A DNA stretch of 64,000 bases from the human T2T-CHM13v2.0 reference genome, Homo sapiens. Where the stretch lies: the NCBI RefSeq assembly GCF_009914755.1, contig NC_060938.1; one strand, 5' to 3'. The notes beneath the pieces are model-generated. The model worked only from the letters and a program-made list of their open reading frames with translations. It did no database searches and was not told the origin of the DNA. Positions 1 to 13,910 of this stretch are shown here, one piece after another (positions within the stretch are counted from its first letter, which is position 1; each line of letters starts with the position of its first letter). Both the position numbers and the translations under genes were made by a program.

Positions 1-114
1 ATTCATGAAGGATTCGCTCCCACGAACAAATTACCTCCCACCAGACCCCACTTCCAACATTAGGAATCACACTTCAATATACGATTTGGAGGGGAAAACA
101 TTCAAACTATATCA
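1..114 (-). mobile_element. MaLR LTR (MSTB-like), 5' part, cut by window edge
   Basis: Reverse complement begins TGATATAGTTTGAATGTTTTCCCCTCCAAATC...GGGGTCTGGTGGGAGGT, the MST LTR start. Confidence 0.85.
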
Positions 115-994
115 CCAGCCTTTCCTCTTAAGGTCACCTACTAACACCATTTGCATGTTCTCAATAGACCGAAGTGAGGATCTAATTGCTGTAAACTACT
201 CGGAACTGCTAGAGAGTGACGTCTTTAATTTAAGTAAGGCTGACTTTATAGATAGTTTGGAAGGGTGGCCCTGACAACAGAGTGGGGGTAGAAACAGATG
301 GGAGGGATGGAGTGCAGATTGAGGGCGATGGCAGTGATCACAGGTGGGAAGATGAGGAGCTGGGTGAAAGCCGTCATAGAAGGCTGCATCAATGCTTATG
401 CATGGGCAGGAATTGGATAGGACTTACTGACCAGTTGGATCTAGGAAGAGTGGGAAGGAGGAAGGAAAAGTTTAGCAGATGATGACATTACTATTCACCA
501 CCCCTCCTACCCAGGCTTGTGTAGGAAGGAGAATAACATCTACATCCATAGGAAATATGAGTCTTCTGTCAATTTCACTAACTCAATGTTTTTGAGTTTT
601 CCAATATTAGACTGTCCTAAGTCAGCCTGTATTTCTCCTTCTAAGTCTTCTAAAGAAAGAGCCAAATGTTTCCTAATCTTTATATCTTAAATTATCTCAT
701 ATTCACTTAGAAGCTCTTGATTATCTGTGATAGATAGTAAAATGGAAATATGTGAAATTGTAGCTGAAACGGGAGAACTCCTGGAGGAGCGATTTATGAA
801 GAATACAGGCTATGTTTTAAACTTAGGGTACAGAAGTAGTAGAAAAATGTCCTCCATTAATGTTTTACAATTGTTTTTTATAATTTTCACCTCTATATCA
901 TATAAAAAGATTTATGGATTCCCACATAATAGTAATTATATGTTTAGTACTTCTTTGGTAATGTAGTTAAATTTGAATTTACTGGGAATCCTTA

Positions 995-1230
995 GTGCTT
1001 GGGAACTGGAGCGAGCTGGCTTTGGATGCCAGCTTTGTCTCTTCTAAGTGGGTGACATGTGCCAGCTGCTTAAGCTTTCACAGTTTTAGTTTGCTCATCT
1101 ATAAAATGGGAATAATATAATCAGCTACCTCTCTGGACCACTGTGAACACTGAATGAGGCCATGGATATAAATACATGTCCTAGGGCCTGATACACGGGA
1201 AGTAATGAATCGGTGCCTAGTTGTAGTAGC
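995..1230 (+). mobile_element. MIR SINE
   Basis: MIR core TTTTAGTTTGCTCATCTATAAAATGGGAATAAT and 3' GGGCCTGATACACGGGAAGTA. Confidence 0.8.
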
Positions 1231-1478
1231 TACCAAAGAATGATCTTTTGTGCATAGTTTTCTTATAACTAAATAAAAATAAAAATGACAAGAAGTTTTG
1301 TGTACATGGATTTGAGGACCTCATTGTAAAGTTTTTTTTCTCTCTAATGTTTGGGCATTAAATCTATCACCAATTGAGAAACCTGGACATAATATTTTTT
1401 GTTAACATTAATCTTACACCACCAATTAAAAAATAAAGATAGATCTGTCTATATTCCGAAGACAGACTATGGGTATAT

Positions 1479-2401
1479 GAAGATGGGATCACTGAACCTT
1501 GCCTCTAATGCAAAATTCAATTTTGATTTCAAATTTAAAGGTCTGCAATTATCCAGACAATATTATAAGCATATTCAAAGTTTGGCTTTCATCTCATCTG
1601 GAGGCACACTTTCCAGGCCCACTCTTTATCTACTTACTTACAGGAATGCAAGTAACACTAGATCCATAAATTCCCCACGTCAGAATAAAATCACAGTCCT
1701 GTGTGTTTCTCATCCAAACAGCTTTTTTTTTCTCTATTCAGAGATAGATACAACCTAAGCATCTCCACCATGAATTTTGTTATAAAAAGCAGAGTTTACA
1801 TTTAGAAATGGCCAAAACCTCCCACTTGTATGTCAGCCCAGAGGAAGACAACTTTAGCAAAGTATTTAATAATACACATACTTGAAGGGAAAAATCCAGC
1901 TGAAAATCTTTGTTAAGCCTGCAATATTTATCAATATTTAAATTCTTAGATTGCATGGCACTTTTCCCCCCTAAGTCACACGGCTATGGGTACTCACCAT
2001 TAATCTTCCTTTCTCATAGATGTTTTCTTTCCGAAACAGTACTTAACAGGGATAAATGTGGCACTCATTTTGCCTTTCATTCATTTTTATTCTCTTATTA
2101 GTGTGAAAGATAACATGGAGCATGTTCTGCGGGCCAGGCACTGTGCTAGGTAATTTACATTAATTACTGTAGTTAATTCCGTAATCTGACAACATCCCTG
2201 GGATGTAGGAACTATTATTACCTGTTTGAGAGGAGGAAATTGAAGTTCAGAAAAGTGAAGAAATGTCTCGAGAGGTATTCAAGTGAGAAGCAGAACTATA
2301 TCCTGGTTGTAGTCACGTGTGGATAATGGAAGCCATTTTAAAATCCAGATTAAATTTGAATTTTGCATTACAGGCAAAGTTAGACAGTGACTCAGTTCTT
2401 C
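1479..2401. repeat. Degenerate ~80 bp inverted repeat pair (arms 1479-1558 and 2318-2401)
   Basis: Left arm TCACTGAACCTTGCCTCTAATGCAAAATTCAATTTTGAT aligns with the reverse complement of the right arm, TCACTGTCTAACTTTGCCTGTAATGCAAAATTCAAATTTAAT. Confidence 0.85.
2118..2305 (-). mobile_element. MIR SINE
   Basis: GCCAGGCACTGTGCTAGG...GAGGAAATTGAAGTTCAGAAAAGTGAAG is the antisense MIR pattern. Confidence 0.85.
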
Positions 2402-2501
2402 TGGTTACAAACAAACTAACCATGGCAGTGACTGGCTGTGAAAGACCAACAACTGACAGGGGCATAGATAAGAAGAAGGCACGGAAATAGAAAAGGAGAT
2501 T

Positions 2502-3098
2502 TGTGGCAAACAGATTGTAAGGCAGGCTCCATCATTCCCACTGCTTGATGTTCACGTTCTTCAGTTATTTCCTCCCCTGGAGTGTGGATGAGAGGAGATC
2601 CACACTCAAAGGGAGTAATTTGTTTAGAAGCAAGTCATAGAATTTGACCTGCTTTTAACCAAAAGAAAACAACAATGGGGGTGGGGTGTCAATTCTGTGG
2701 TTATATTATAAGACCATGGTATCTGTTTTGCTGAGAGACACTCCCGCCCTTGCTGGCTTTGAAGAAGCAAGCTGCCATGTTGCAAGCTGCCTTGCAGAGG
2801 AGGCCACATGGCAATGAGCTGGGGGCAGCCTCCAGCAAATATCCAACAAGAAACTGAGGCCCATAGTCTGACAGTCTTCAAGGAACTGAATGCCATCAAC
2901 AACCATGTGAGCTTGCAGGCAGATCTTTCTCCACTCAAGCCCCAGATGAGACCACAGCTCTGCAGACCCTTGTGAGACCCTGAAGCAGCTAAGCTATGCT
3001 TGGACTTCTGACCTACAGAAACTGAGATAATAAATATGTGTTGTTTTAGGCTGGTAAATGTGTGGCAATTTGTTACAGAGCGATAAATAACTAATACA
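2502..3098 (+). mobile_element. MaLR solo LTR (MLT1E-like)
   Basis: TG...CA termini, typical 3' end ATAATAAATATGTGTTGTTTTAGGCTGG...AACTAATACA, and 5 bp TSD AGATT/AGATC. Confidence 0.9.
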
Positions 3099-3259
3099 AG
3101 ATCTTTCAAAAGCACATCATGGAATGTATACCTCATTGGATAGCATAATGATCTTATGGGGAGGGTTGTAGACTTGGAGTGAAATTGCTTTCATCAAAGT
3201 CACCAAAGTCCACTGGACACATTTCACTAGTCAACGAATGCCCTCTGGGGGCATTTAGT

Positions 3260-4600
3260 GCCATTTAACAACCTTCTGTTGGAATACCTTCTCCCTTCTC
3301 TTCCATGACACTCATCACTGGTTTTCTTACTACTTCTGACTATTCCTCACATCTTTGGGGACGTGCTTCCTCTGCCAATCTCTGGCATATGCGCAGTCCC
3401 TGAGGATGCACCACCAGCTCTGCTTCTCTTTCCTCAGATGCGCTCAAGGCATTCAGTGCAACATGAATGCTGATCAGCCTTAGATCCACGTCTGTGCCTT
3501 GAGCTCTCCCCTGCGTTCCTGACTCAAAAGACCAACTGGGCTTCTTCTTTTGGATGTCCTTGGGAAAGCTCAAACTCAATCTTACTCTTCGATTCACTAC
3601 CACAAAGAGTGATGCCTACAGCCACCACTCCTCAACCCTCCGACCAGCCACATAGGTCAGAATGTGGCAGATGCCCTTGACATTCCTTCTTCTTGAAACA
3701 CTAATTCACTAATCCTGTTAGTGTTTATCTCTGAAATAATTATCAAGCCCACACTCCTCCCCTATTCCAGCCCATGATGACTACCACTATCTCAATTAGG
3801 TTTACATTCATTCCAAGGGACTATTAAAACATTTTTCTAGACAATTTTCCCATCTTGCCCTCCTCAGTCCACTCCACACATTGCTGCTAAAATGACAAAA
3901 TAACAGAAAGATAGAAAAATTCTACATGAGCCCCTGAAGCCTCTCTGCTTCTCTCATGTTAGGACCATTGACCATGAAACTAATGTGAAACTGAGGATGT
4001 TCAAGTTTATAGGTGTTCACTTGTGGAGCTCTTTCCAGCATGTCTTTCTCATTTAAAATAAATATTTACTTTTGTATTCAATTGCATGTTCATGATTCTG
4101 TATCATTTTTCTCAAAAAGTGAAGCCACACATGCTGCTTACAATCTTTCTTTGGTTCTGGGTTATGTCTGAGAGGAAGGCCAAGCCCCTTGGTGGGACCT
4201 GGTCCTTGCTTGGCTTATCCATCTCATCTTCACTCTCTGCCTCACATCTTATCCCTGAAAAGGTAGAACAATTTGCACTTTTCACCACATATCATGCTAT
4301 TTAATGTCTCTGCACCTTTGCTTATGTTGTTCCTTTATTCTGCAATTTCCTCCCAGCCCTCATCACTTTTTACCAATGCACATCCAGCCACAGCTTCTAT
4401 TGAGTAACTTCCCCTCTTTCTGCAAGACTCCACTCTGGAGTCCAAGGAGACTTCTTGGATGCCCTTTCTCTTCCCCAACAGATCTCTGTGCCTTTTTATT
4501 TGTGCTTTTACAGCACCTTGAGCTTTTCTTTATCATGATATTGATTGACTAAGTGTCCTCAGTGCCTGACAGAGGGGAGACCCGCAGTGAAAGTTTGTAG
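3260..4600 (+). mobile_element. L2 LINE 3' fragments (about 3260-3890 and 4170-4600)
   Basis: Pyrimidine-rich L2 motifs (TGGATGTCCTTGGGAAAGCTCAAACTCAA) and 3' end CCTCAGTGCCTGACAGAG. Confidence 0.65.
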
Positions 4601-4674
4601 AGCTGTTACCAAATTACAGTTCTGAAACTTGAACAAGTTACTGGACCTCTTCAAATCTCAGTCTTTTTCTTTGT

Positions 4675-4712
4675 AAATAGAAAATGTTGTTACAAATAGA
4701 AAATGTTGTTAC
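4675..4712. repeat. Perfect 19 bp tandem duplication within a MIR relic
   Basis: AAATAGAAAATGTTGTTAC occurs twice in tandem. Confidence 0.9.
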
Positions 4713-4914
4713 ATTATTTTGATGACGGTAGCAAGGTTTCAATTACATTATGTAAAATAAAAATGTTTGGCAAATATCAAGCGTAGTTGATGCAAGTAGA
4801 ACTGCCAGTATTAAGGTGTTTTCAGAACCACAGAAGTGGTCTACTCACATCAAGCTGAACATTTAAATGAATATCAGACTCCAGAAACCAGATAGAAAAA
4901 TATGGTAAAAATTG

Positions 4915-5158
4915 TAGGGCAGTTAAAATCATAGGTATTAAGGCTAGATGTCCTAGGTGTAAATTCTGGATCTGTCATTTACTAGATTTTATAAGTTTAA
5001 GTAAATATTCTCTCTGTGCCTCAGTTTTATCACCTGTAATTGAAGATAATGATAGGGTTGCTCTGGTGATTTAATGTATTGTGCATTTTTACCTCTTAGA
5101 GTAGTGCTTGGCCCTTAGAATAAACCTTTAAACACGAACCACCTTTATTGTTATTATG
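4915..5158 (+). mobile_element. MIR SINE
   Basis: Core CTCTCTGTGCCTCAGTTTTATCACCTGTAATTGAAGATAAT. Confidence 0.85.
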
Positions 5159-5699
5159 ATTAACAGAATTTGAGAGAAAGACCCCTTTCGATGTCACAAT
5201 AAAATCAAGCCAGATTTTAGCATAGATATCCAAGCTGCATAATCCCATCGCCAATAAAAATTTTGATCATACTTTTGTACTCACAGATAACAATGATAGA
5301 GTATAGAATGCACTAAGATATCACTAGCAGGTTCAATCCCAAGAATGGGGATGCACAGGGTGCTACCCAAAGCAGAATGCTGATTTTCTTATTTTTAAAT
5401 ATTTGAACACTTGATATACATATATATATGTATACACACACATATATACATACGCAAATTTAACAGTAAGATTAAAATCCAAACAAAGCAAACTTGGATG
5501 AAATTTTAGCACGTGGATTAGTGAAAAGAAAGTAAAGAACAGAAATGCTGAGGCAAAGATTTTTAGACATAAATAGAATTAGTGTCTCCTTATGTTAAAG
5601 CTCTTTCGGATTTTACAATTTCAGAAAGTTCATTGACAGGAAGATATTATAGAGAGTTGTATGTAAGAGGTACCCCATTATCTACTTTAGTGAGTGGAT

Positions 5700-8600
5700 G
5701 AAAAAAGACTGACAAGATGAACCGGGCGGAGGCAGTTTCCACTTCTAGTTGCCTGGGGAGGAAATATATACTGGTACAAACAGAAATGCTGCTAGGTTGT
5801 TTAGCAAACTGACTACAGTGTCAAGACTATCCAGATGCTGAAACTTCAGTGAAAGTGGGAACTCAGAGAGAGCAACAGAACACCAGAGCCTCATTTTGTC
5901 TTGAGTGCTCTTTCCAAACCAGAAGGTGAGCCCAGCTCTCAAGGCCCATAGGATCCCAGCAGACTAGAGACAAAGGCCAAGGCTTTCAGTGTGTCCATAT
6001 GTGTATATAGCAAGCTGGGATCCAAAACATCCTCAGCGTAAGAATGAACTAGACACCAGACACAAATGTGCTTTTCTAGGGACTTCTGTGAAAATTGCCT
6101 GTCTTAAACCCTGATGGAAATTGGGAGTAAAACTAAAAAATCTCATGGAATATAATTTAAAATGGCTCCGGGCTGGTTATACACTCAGGTACCTGGCAAG
6201 AGAAAACACACATCCTTTTTGGAGGAAACCATTTTTACAACAACTTTAAGGAATACCTATAGATAACATTTTCTTTAAAGATAAACTCATAATTTTAAAA
6301 TATTACAAAATGCAAACAGACAAAACACAATTAATAAGACTTGGCAAAAACAATAAACAGAAGAATCAAAAGTAAAAAATAGATATTGAAATTATCTGAC
6401 CCAGAGAATAAGTATTTTTTGCAAATTAATCTGTAGTGACAAAACAAAACAAAACAGATTAATGATTGCCTGGAAAAGGGGATACAGGAGGGGACAGGAG
6501 GGAAAGCTTAAACGAGAAAACCTGAGCATTTGATGGACATATCCTCTCTAGATTGTCGTGACGGTTTTGTGAGTGTTAGCATATATTAAAACATCAAATC
6601 ATACCCTTTAAATATGGGTAATTTATTGTATATTAGTTATAACTCAATAAAGTTGGTTAAAATAAATATTTTAATGTGTTTTAAATAAAAAAGACCTTAT
6701 TTACAATATAATAATAAAAAGAAAATAATGTAATTTTAGTGCTTTAGTTATATAGGAAATTAACTATAATTTTAATCACAAACATAAAAGATTTCTAGCA
6801 ACAATAAAAAAGAGAAAACATGGGAAAGTATGAGATAAAATTAGGGCATGGTAAAAATGAGTGATCAGTTGTATTAGGAAAAGACCCAAGTAGAAAAATA
6901 AGACATTTAAAAAATAATAATAGTTAGAATTAAAGATTCAATGGCTGTTTAACAGTTGGTAAGGCACAGGCAATTAAAAGTTTAATGAACTAGAAAATAG
7001 ATTAGAAGAAATGGTTCTAAATGTACCTTAGAAAGACAAAAAGGATGTAAGAGTGGTCAGTAAATATTAAACACAGAGTAAGAAGGTCTAACATGTCTCA
7101 TCAGTGTTCCAAAAGAACACAGTGAGAGAATGTGCAGAGGTGATATTTAAGAGATGAAGGCTGAAATTTCCCCACAACTGATAAAAGACATGCATATGCA
7201 AATTCAGCAAGGAAAATAAATCCCAAACAGTTTGAATTAAATAAATCCATAGTTAGACATGTCACAGTTAAAGGTGCAACACCAAAGACAAAGAGAAAAC
7301 CTTAAAAGCAGTAGGAGGGGAAAAAAAGAGAGTTTACCTTTGACATTTGAAGGCAAGTTTTATTATTAGGAACAACAATAAAAGCTAGAAAACAGCAAAT
7401 AATATATACCACAATACTGGAAAAAAATAACAGTCAGCTAAGAATTGTGTACATCAGTGACAATGTATTTCAAGAATGATGGTGAAAGTAAGACAGTTTA
7501 GAAAACAAACACAGAGATTGTTTAACCACCAAAAAAACCTCTAAAAAAACTCTAAAAGTTGTTATTTAGGCAAATAAGTCCAGAAGAAAGCCTTGAAATT
7601 CAAAGCAGGTAAAATAACCAAATGAAGTGGTATCATGTGAAGATTTCTAATCAAATATTGGCTTTATATATAAAAAATACCAAAGATTTGCAAAGATTAA
7701 AAATATATCAAAATACTCAATAACAATACACAAAAGTCAAGAAGAAATATCTTGAATTCCTGTTTCAAACTCTTTGTGTTATTTAGGAAAGAGGAAAAGA
7801 TATCAATAAGCTCTAGTCTATGACAAATTAAATATGACTCTCAGCATTTTTGAATGTTAATGAAAAGAAAACATTGTTTAAAACAATGTTTAAGCTAGGA
7901 GACAGAAAGGATAAAAATGGCACAATTAATTAAAAAGTAGACAAGAATTAGACAAAGCACATTTAAAAATACAGGTTACTAGAACCTACAAAATAAATTC
8001 ATACAAAATAAATCCAAATATATAAATGATTACAATAAATGTGTGTTATCAGATGCTTCAGCTGAAAGATATAAAATTTCAAACTCAATAAAAAATAAAG
8101 CTCAGTACAAACTATATAAAAGAGAAATACCTGCAACACAGAGGTACAGATACCTTGGAAGCAAACGGATGGGAAAAAGATATAACAGGCAATTCTAGTC
8201 AGAAGGAAGCAGGCATAGCTATATTTTTGATAATTATTATTTTCCGAACATACGTAGATCACATAGAAAAACTGACCACATATCAAGAAAATCTACATTT
8301 TTGGACACTTAGAGACACAACTCTAAACAATTCATATATTAAACGAGTAATCATAATGAAAATTATAAATAGTGCTGAACGATAAGAAAAATAAACCATT
8401 CAAAATGGATGTGATACAGCTAAAGCAATATTTAGAGAAAAAAATCATGTCCTTGAGAGATTATTCTATAAAAGAGGAAAGGTTAAAAAATGATTAGCTT
8501 ATTCTCCAACTTATGAGGTTAAAAAACGCATAAACCCAAGAAATTACACAAGTAGGAAATGATTATTTTAAATAAGTAAAATTAATGAAAGTAATAAAAA

Positions 8601-11440
8601 ACATGGAATATAGAAAGAAAAGAAGGTACAAGGAAGAAATAAAAGAGAAAGGAACTATAACTACCAAGTAGAAGATATGAAAATGATAACAAGATATTAT
8701 GAACAACTTTATATTGATAAGTTTTAAATATTAGGTATAATGAAAACCTTCTTAGGAAAAATATATTGTACCCAACTGACTCAATAAGAATAAAACAAAC
8801 TATAATAGCCCTACCACAAGTAAGAAAACTTTAAAAATCTTTTTTTAAAAACTTCCTACAAAACAGTCCAGGCCCAGTGACCTCACTAGTAGGCTTTACC
8901 TGAGAGTCAAGTAATAAATAACTTAATTTTACACAGATTTTACAGATTACAGAATAGAACACAGCTCAACAAATTTGGTGGCCAGAGTAAACTTGATATC
9001 CAAATCTCACAAGAACTTCGTGATTACGGGACAATTTTCCTGTGCATATAGATGCAAAAATCTTTAAAAACTATTAGCATGCAGAAAGCAGCCCTGTATA
9101 AAAAGGGATCATCCATCATGTACAAATTGGGTCACTTATAGAAATGAATGTTGGGCTTAACATTGGGAAAATAATAAATCTTATATACCTTATTCATATA
9201 ATATAGGAAAATTAGATGATCATCTCAGTAGTTGGCAGAAAAAAACATTTGAAAACGCTTGATGACAATTGTACCTACTTAGGAGAAAAATCTCTTAATA
9301 AACTAGGAAGAGATGAAAACTCAATCACAAAGCCTTTAATACACATTATCCTTAAGGCTGATACACGGACACATTCTCTGGAGGTCAGAGACAAGAGTAC
9401 CTATGCTATTACCAGTGCAGTCATCATGGTATCAGCAGTCCCATCCCAGACAGTCCAATTGAGAAAGAAAAGTTACAAGGTTTCAAAAGGAAGTAACACC
9501 TCTAGCACATTTTGTGAGTAAAATGATTGCCTATATAGAAATTCTAAAAGAAGCTAGAGGTAAATCATTTGGATTAGGAGAGTTTAAGTTTTCTAGGTCT
9601 AAAATCAATCTACAAAAATTGGTCATCATTGTATATACAGCCAATGAACAGATAGATAATGTAATTTAAATAAACAAATAATTGGTAATAACATCAAAAA
9701 TGTAAGAAACTTAGAAATATATCTAACAAAACATCTTCAAGGCTCTTATAAAGAAAATTAGAAAAGAAAAACTGCTTTGAGAATTTAAAGACCTGTAGAA
9801 ATTGAGATATCATGGATGTATGGATTGGAAGATTCAGTGTCATACATACGGCAATTCTCTCCAAATTGATTTATAGATTCATTGTAATTCAAATATTACC
9901 CCAACAGGCTTTGTGAGCATGTGGGTATGTGTGTGGAAATTGATGAGTTTATGGGCTTGCAAATGACAGAAAAATAGAGATTCTTCTGAATGAGAAGAAT
10001 AAGGTTGGTTGTCTGACTTTGACAGATATGAATGTTTATTTGAATGATAGCAATTAAGACAGTTTTATATTGTTCCTGGGCTAGACAACCCAACCAACAA
10101 AATTGATTGAGTCACAAATTGTGTGTGTGTGTCTGTGTGTGTGTTTAATGTATGAGCAGATGTGGCTTTATAGATCAGTGGCAAAATAATGGACTTTTAA
10201 ATACATGATACAGAACAATTTGTTATTCATATAAAAAAATAGAGTTCTACCTCACAGTATATACAAAAATGAATTTGAGATTAAAAAGACTTACATGTGA
10301 AAAACAAAATGGTTAAGTAATAAAATATAATATAGTGTAATATATTCATGAATTTCTGTGAACAAAGGTTTCTTAAGGCATGAAAAGCAAAATCCATTAA
10401 AACAATTGATACATTCAAAAGACAGCAAAATAAAGGAAAACATAGACTAAAAAATGCAAAAAGTATTCATAATACATATAATTGAAGTTATATATATTGG
10501 TTAGTATACAAGATAAATAAAGAACTTCTATAAACCTATCAGATAATTTCAAGTGACCTAATAGAAACATGGGCAAAAGGCTTGAACAGGCACTTCACAA
10601 AACAGGGAACTCAAATGGCCAATGACAGAGGAAGAGGTGTGTGATCCCATTGATAAACAGGAAAATGCAAACTAAAACCATGATGAGTTACTATATTACA
10701 CTCACCAGATGGCCAAAAATTATATCTAACAGTAAGAACTTATGGCGATAATAGCAATGAGACTGTGACATTTCTTAAGAGAGTGTAAATTGGTGCAATC
10801 ACTTTGGATAACAATATGCCATTATCTAATAACATTGAAAATGCACAGATCTTCTGTCTCAGCATTTCCCTGCTTAGGTGTACACCCCTAGAGAATCTCC
10901 TCTACATGTACATCTGGAGACAGGGAGAAGAATGAGTCCAGAGAAGTTTGTTGTAGTAAAACACTGGAAACAGCCCAAATGTACACGAGTAATAGAATAT
11001 TTAGGTACATTCTGACATAGTCACACAAAAGAATATTGTTCAGCTATGAAAATAAATGAAGCACAGGTACATATAACAACACAGGCAAATCTCAGAAACA
11101 TAATATGGAGCCCCAAATCCAAAACAAACAGGCAACAACAACTGCAAAATAGCGCACATTGTCAAGAGAATTCGTTCAGCATGATTCCATTTATATAAGG
11201 TTTAGAAACATGCAACACTGCAAACAATAATTTTCAGGAATACAAACAAATGGAGAAGCTATAAAGAAAATGAGAGTGTGGGAAACACGACGAGGGAAGG
11301 AGCCAGGATGGGGGAGGGAGGAGCATAAGGTTCTAATTCTTAAATTGGGTTACACAGGTGTTTTCTTGTATTTTTAATTTTTGTGCCTTATATATATTTT
11401 AGAAGAATTTGTGTATGAATTCAATCATTTATAAAAAAGA
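5700..11440 (+). mobile_element. Old, decayed, near full-span L1M (L1ME-like): ORF1 remnant, ORF2 remnant, 3' UTR
   Basis: A-rich plus strand; ORF2 remnants (8155 ORF ...GWEKDITGNSSQKEAGIAI; TAGATGCAAAAATC; GGCAAAAGGCTTGAACAGGCACTTCACA); 3' UTR ATGATTCCATTTATATAA. The 5' boundary is uncertain. Confidence 0.85.
6419..6660 (+). mobile_element. 5'-truncated L1M 3' UTR fragment inserted into the older L1
   Basis: GCAAATTAATCTGTAGTGAC...TTATAACTCAATAAAG 3' UTR motif; putative TSD AATAAGTATTTT (6407-6418) / AATAAATATTTT (6661-6672). Confidence 0.8.
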
Positions 11441-11829
11441 ATTTTATGTATATTTATAATATAGTTAAAAAGCAGACATATGTGTAGCTGATGATGGGAA
11501 TTATTCCAACGTTGATGAATATGCTGTCAATGTGGGTAAGAGAGATCACTTGGATCTTAGGCATTTTGAAAGACTTCATGGAGAAATGAAGGTTTAAAAG
11601 AGGTCCAAGTTTTGTTGAGGTGAATTTCATCCATGGTGAGGATGAAATTCCAGCTTTGGCAAGGGAGCAGAAAGTGCAGCTTTTAAAGTAGGGAGGGTGG
11701 ACTTTGAATACATTAGTACCTTAAAAATGGCATTTCAGAGTAATTGGAGTTCGGCCAGTCTAAGAATAGGTAAGCAATAGATGGTACGCCATGTCATGTA
11801 AGTCTCCATGTGATACTGTGGTTAATAGT

Positions 11830-12035
11830 GACCTTGAGTTTGAGCCCTCTGCCAACTTTGTAGCTGTTTGACCTTGGAGGAGTCATTTTATTACCTTGAG
11901 CCTCAGTGACTTCTTCCACATGATGGAGATAAGAACTATGCATACCCCACAGTGTTGCTTTGAGGGTTAAATCAAGGAATGCATATAATGTACCTTGAAT
12001 AGACTGATCGACACTGAATGTTGACCACTGTTTTA
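11830..12035 (+). mobile_element. MIR SINE
   Basis: TAGCTGTTTGACCTTGGAGGAGTCATTT...GAGCCTCAGT...GAGGGTTAAATCA. Confidence 0.8.
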
Positions 12036-13569
12036 TGATGTGGTTGAGGTTCCTACTAGGAATGACAGATAGAAAGGACAAGAAATGCCAGGATACACAG
12101 GTGTGAGGATCCAAGTGAGACAGGAGGGACATCTTGTTTTGGGAACCAGAGCCTCGGCCAACTGGAGCACTGTGGACCTGAAAAGACAGGGGATGAGAAG
12201 AGGATGAGAGGGGGGAGTAGGAGTCAGATCGCGGAAGGCTTTCTGTGCCATGCCAGAAATCTTGAACATGATTTGCAAATGATGAAGGCAATACCTGAAG
12301 GGTATTCGGCAGGAGAGTAGCACTCTCATGTGGGGAATGAGTATGATCTGAAATCTAAGCCGTGTGCCTTTGGGGCTGCATCCGCCCAAGTGACCATTTT
12401 ATTGTTAGAAAGATCCTTCTGGCTGCCTCCTTGTGGAGAGTGGCTTGGAGGGGGCCAGATGGGGACTGATCAGACAGTCATGTGGAAGGCTGCCACTGCT
12501 ATCCCTGCACAAGTTATGAGAAGGTCCTACACTAGGGTGGGGCCAGGAAGGAATATGAGCAACACAAAAGCGGCATCTCTGACAGGATCTCTCGGGGGTG
12601 GCTTAGTCTCAGAGCTTATTTTAAATGCCAAAAGGGAAATGGGAGCGGCATAGGGGGTGGGGTGGTGGGGAGGAAGGAGAGCTCAGATCTTATCTGGACT
12701 CTTGGGCTGTCATCGGAGCTGCTCAGAGCAGGTGCTTCAAAGCCTTTGGCTTTCCCCTGCATTCGGGCCCATGTCGGGTACACACACAAAGTGGGCATGC
12801 ATTATTCAGGTGGCATCACATCCTCTGTGCAGCTCATCAGAGCTTGCTGCTTCGGGCCCTCCTTCCCCAAAAGCCCATTGTTAAGAATTATAAACAAACA
12901 GGATGGACGCCTCTACAGTCACTACACTGGTGCTGCCGGCGGGATCTGCAGTCATAACAGGAAATCGTGCACTTGCTGCAGAAAGATTTTTTTCTAAGAG
13001 GCAGCATGAATGTCATTGACCTAAATTCTAGTGCCCTAGCCTATACCTGCAGAACTTTTCAGCAAAGAAATGTCAGTGAGAGGCAGATTAAAAGGGTCTC
13101 TAACTATTTCTTTCTTTTTGCTTTATGAGTATCCATTGCCATGAATATCTAGTGACCCTGAAACCTACTTCCAACTTTGCAATCAGCTCCCCAAAGGTTG
13201 ACTTAAAGATACAGATAAAAATGATGAGGGGGTATGGATAGAGCAGAAGGTGCTGGCTTTCTACTAGTGGAGGCTGATGTCATCTGTGCCGCAACCGAGA
13301 GTAGTGATAGTGGCACCCAGTCCCACCCTACAGGGACCTGCCCGACTACAGGGCTGAAAGGACAGTGCAAGGGACTTCAATCTTTCAGATCAATTACTAG
13401 TTGTTCTAAAGGACTGTGGCAATACAAATTAGGTCAGCATCATTTTCTCCTTTACAGATAAGCTCATCTAGATGCAGTAGCCAAATGAATTGCCCAAGAT
13501 TTGGAGCTCAGAGAGTTTGCTCAGCTGGCCCCTTTTCCTCTCACTCCAAGAATGCATCATCTTAGCATC

Positions 13570-13910
13570 TCACTCATTCGTTTATTAATTCACTAACTCG
13601 CTAAGTATTTGTAGAGTGCCTACTACATTCATGCATGGCGCTGGATGCTCAAGATGCAGCACTTAATACACTGTAATCCCTGTCTGTAAAATGGTCGTAG
13701 TCAAGTAAGAGCAGATAAGTTAGCTACTAGATGGGACACAATGTAAAAAGTGCTGCAACGGAGTTGTTAAGGGATTCCAGAGTAGCCTCCCTTAGCCCAG
13801 GCTGGGGTATTCAGAAAAGGCTTCCTGGAAGAGGGGGCATGGATGTTGGTCCATAAAGGGAATAATCTGGATTTAGCAACAGGAAAGAGGAAGAAGGATG
13901 TTCTGCCAGA
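13570..13910 (-). mobile_element. L2 LINE 3' end
   Basis: CATTCGTTTATTAATTCACT...TATTTGTAGAGTGCCTACTA and AGAAAAGGCTTCCTGGAAGAGG. Confidence 0.8.

Noticed and set aside
2624-3136. 170 aa ORF
   Set aside because: Antisense reading of the MLT1 LTR.
12653-12670. G-rich run as a G-quadruplex
   Set aside because: Only three adjacent runs of three or more G.
11794-12997. Cluster of overlapping ORFs in a GC-richer patch
   Set aside because: Overlaps MIR/L2 relics, has no homology I recognise, and higher GC lowers stop frequency.
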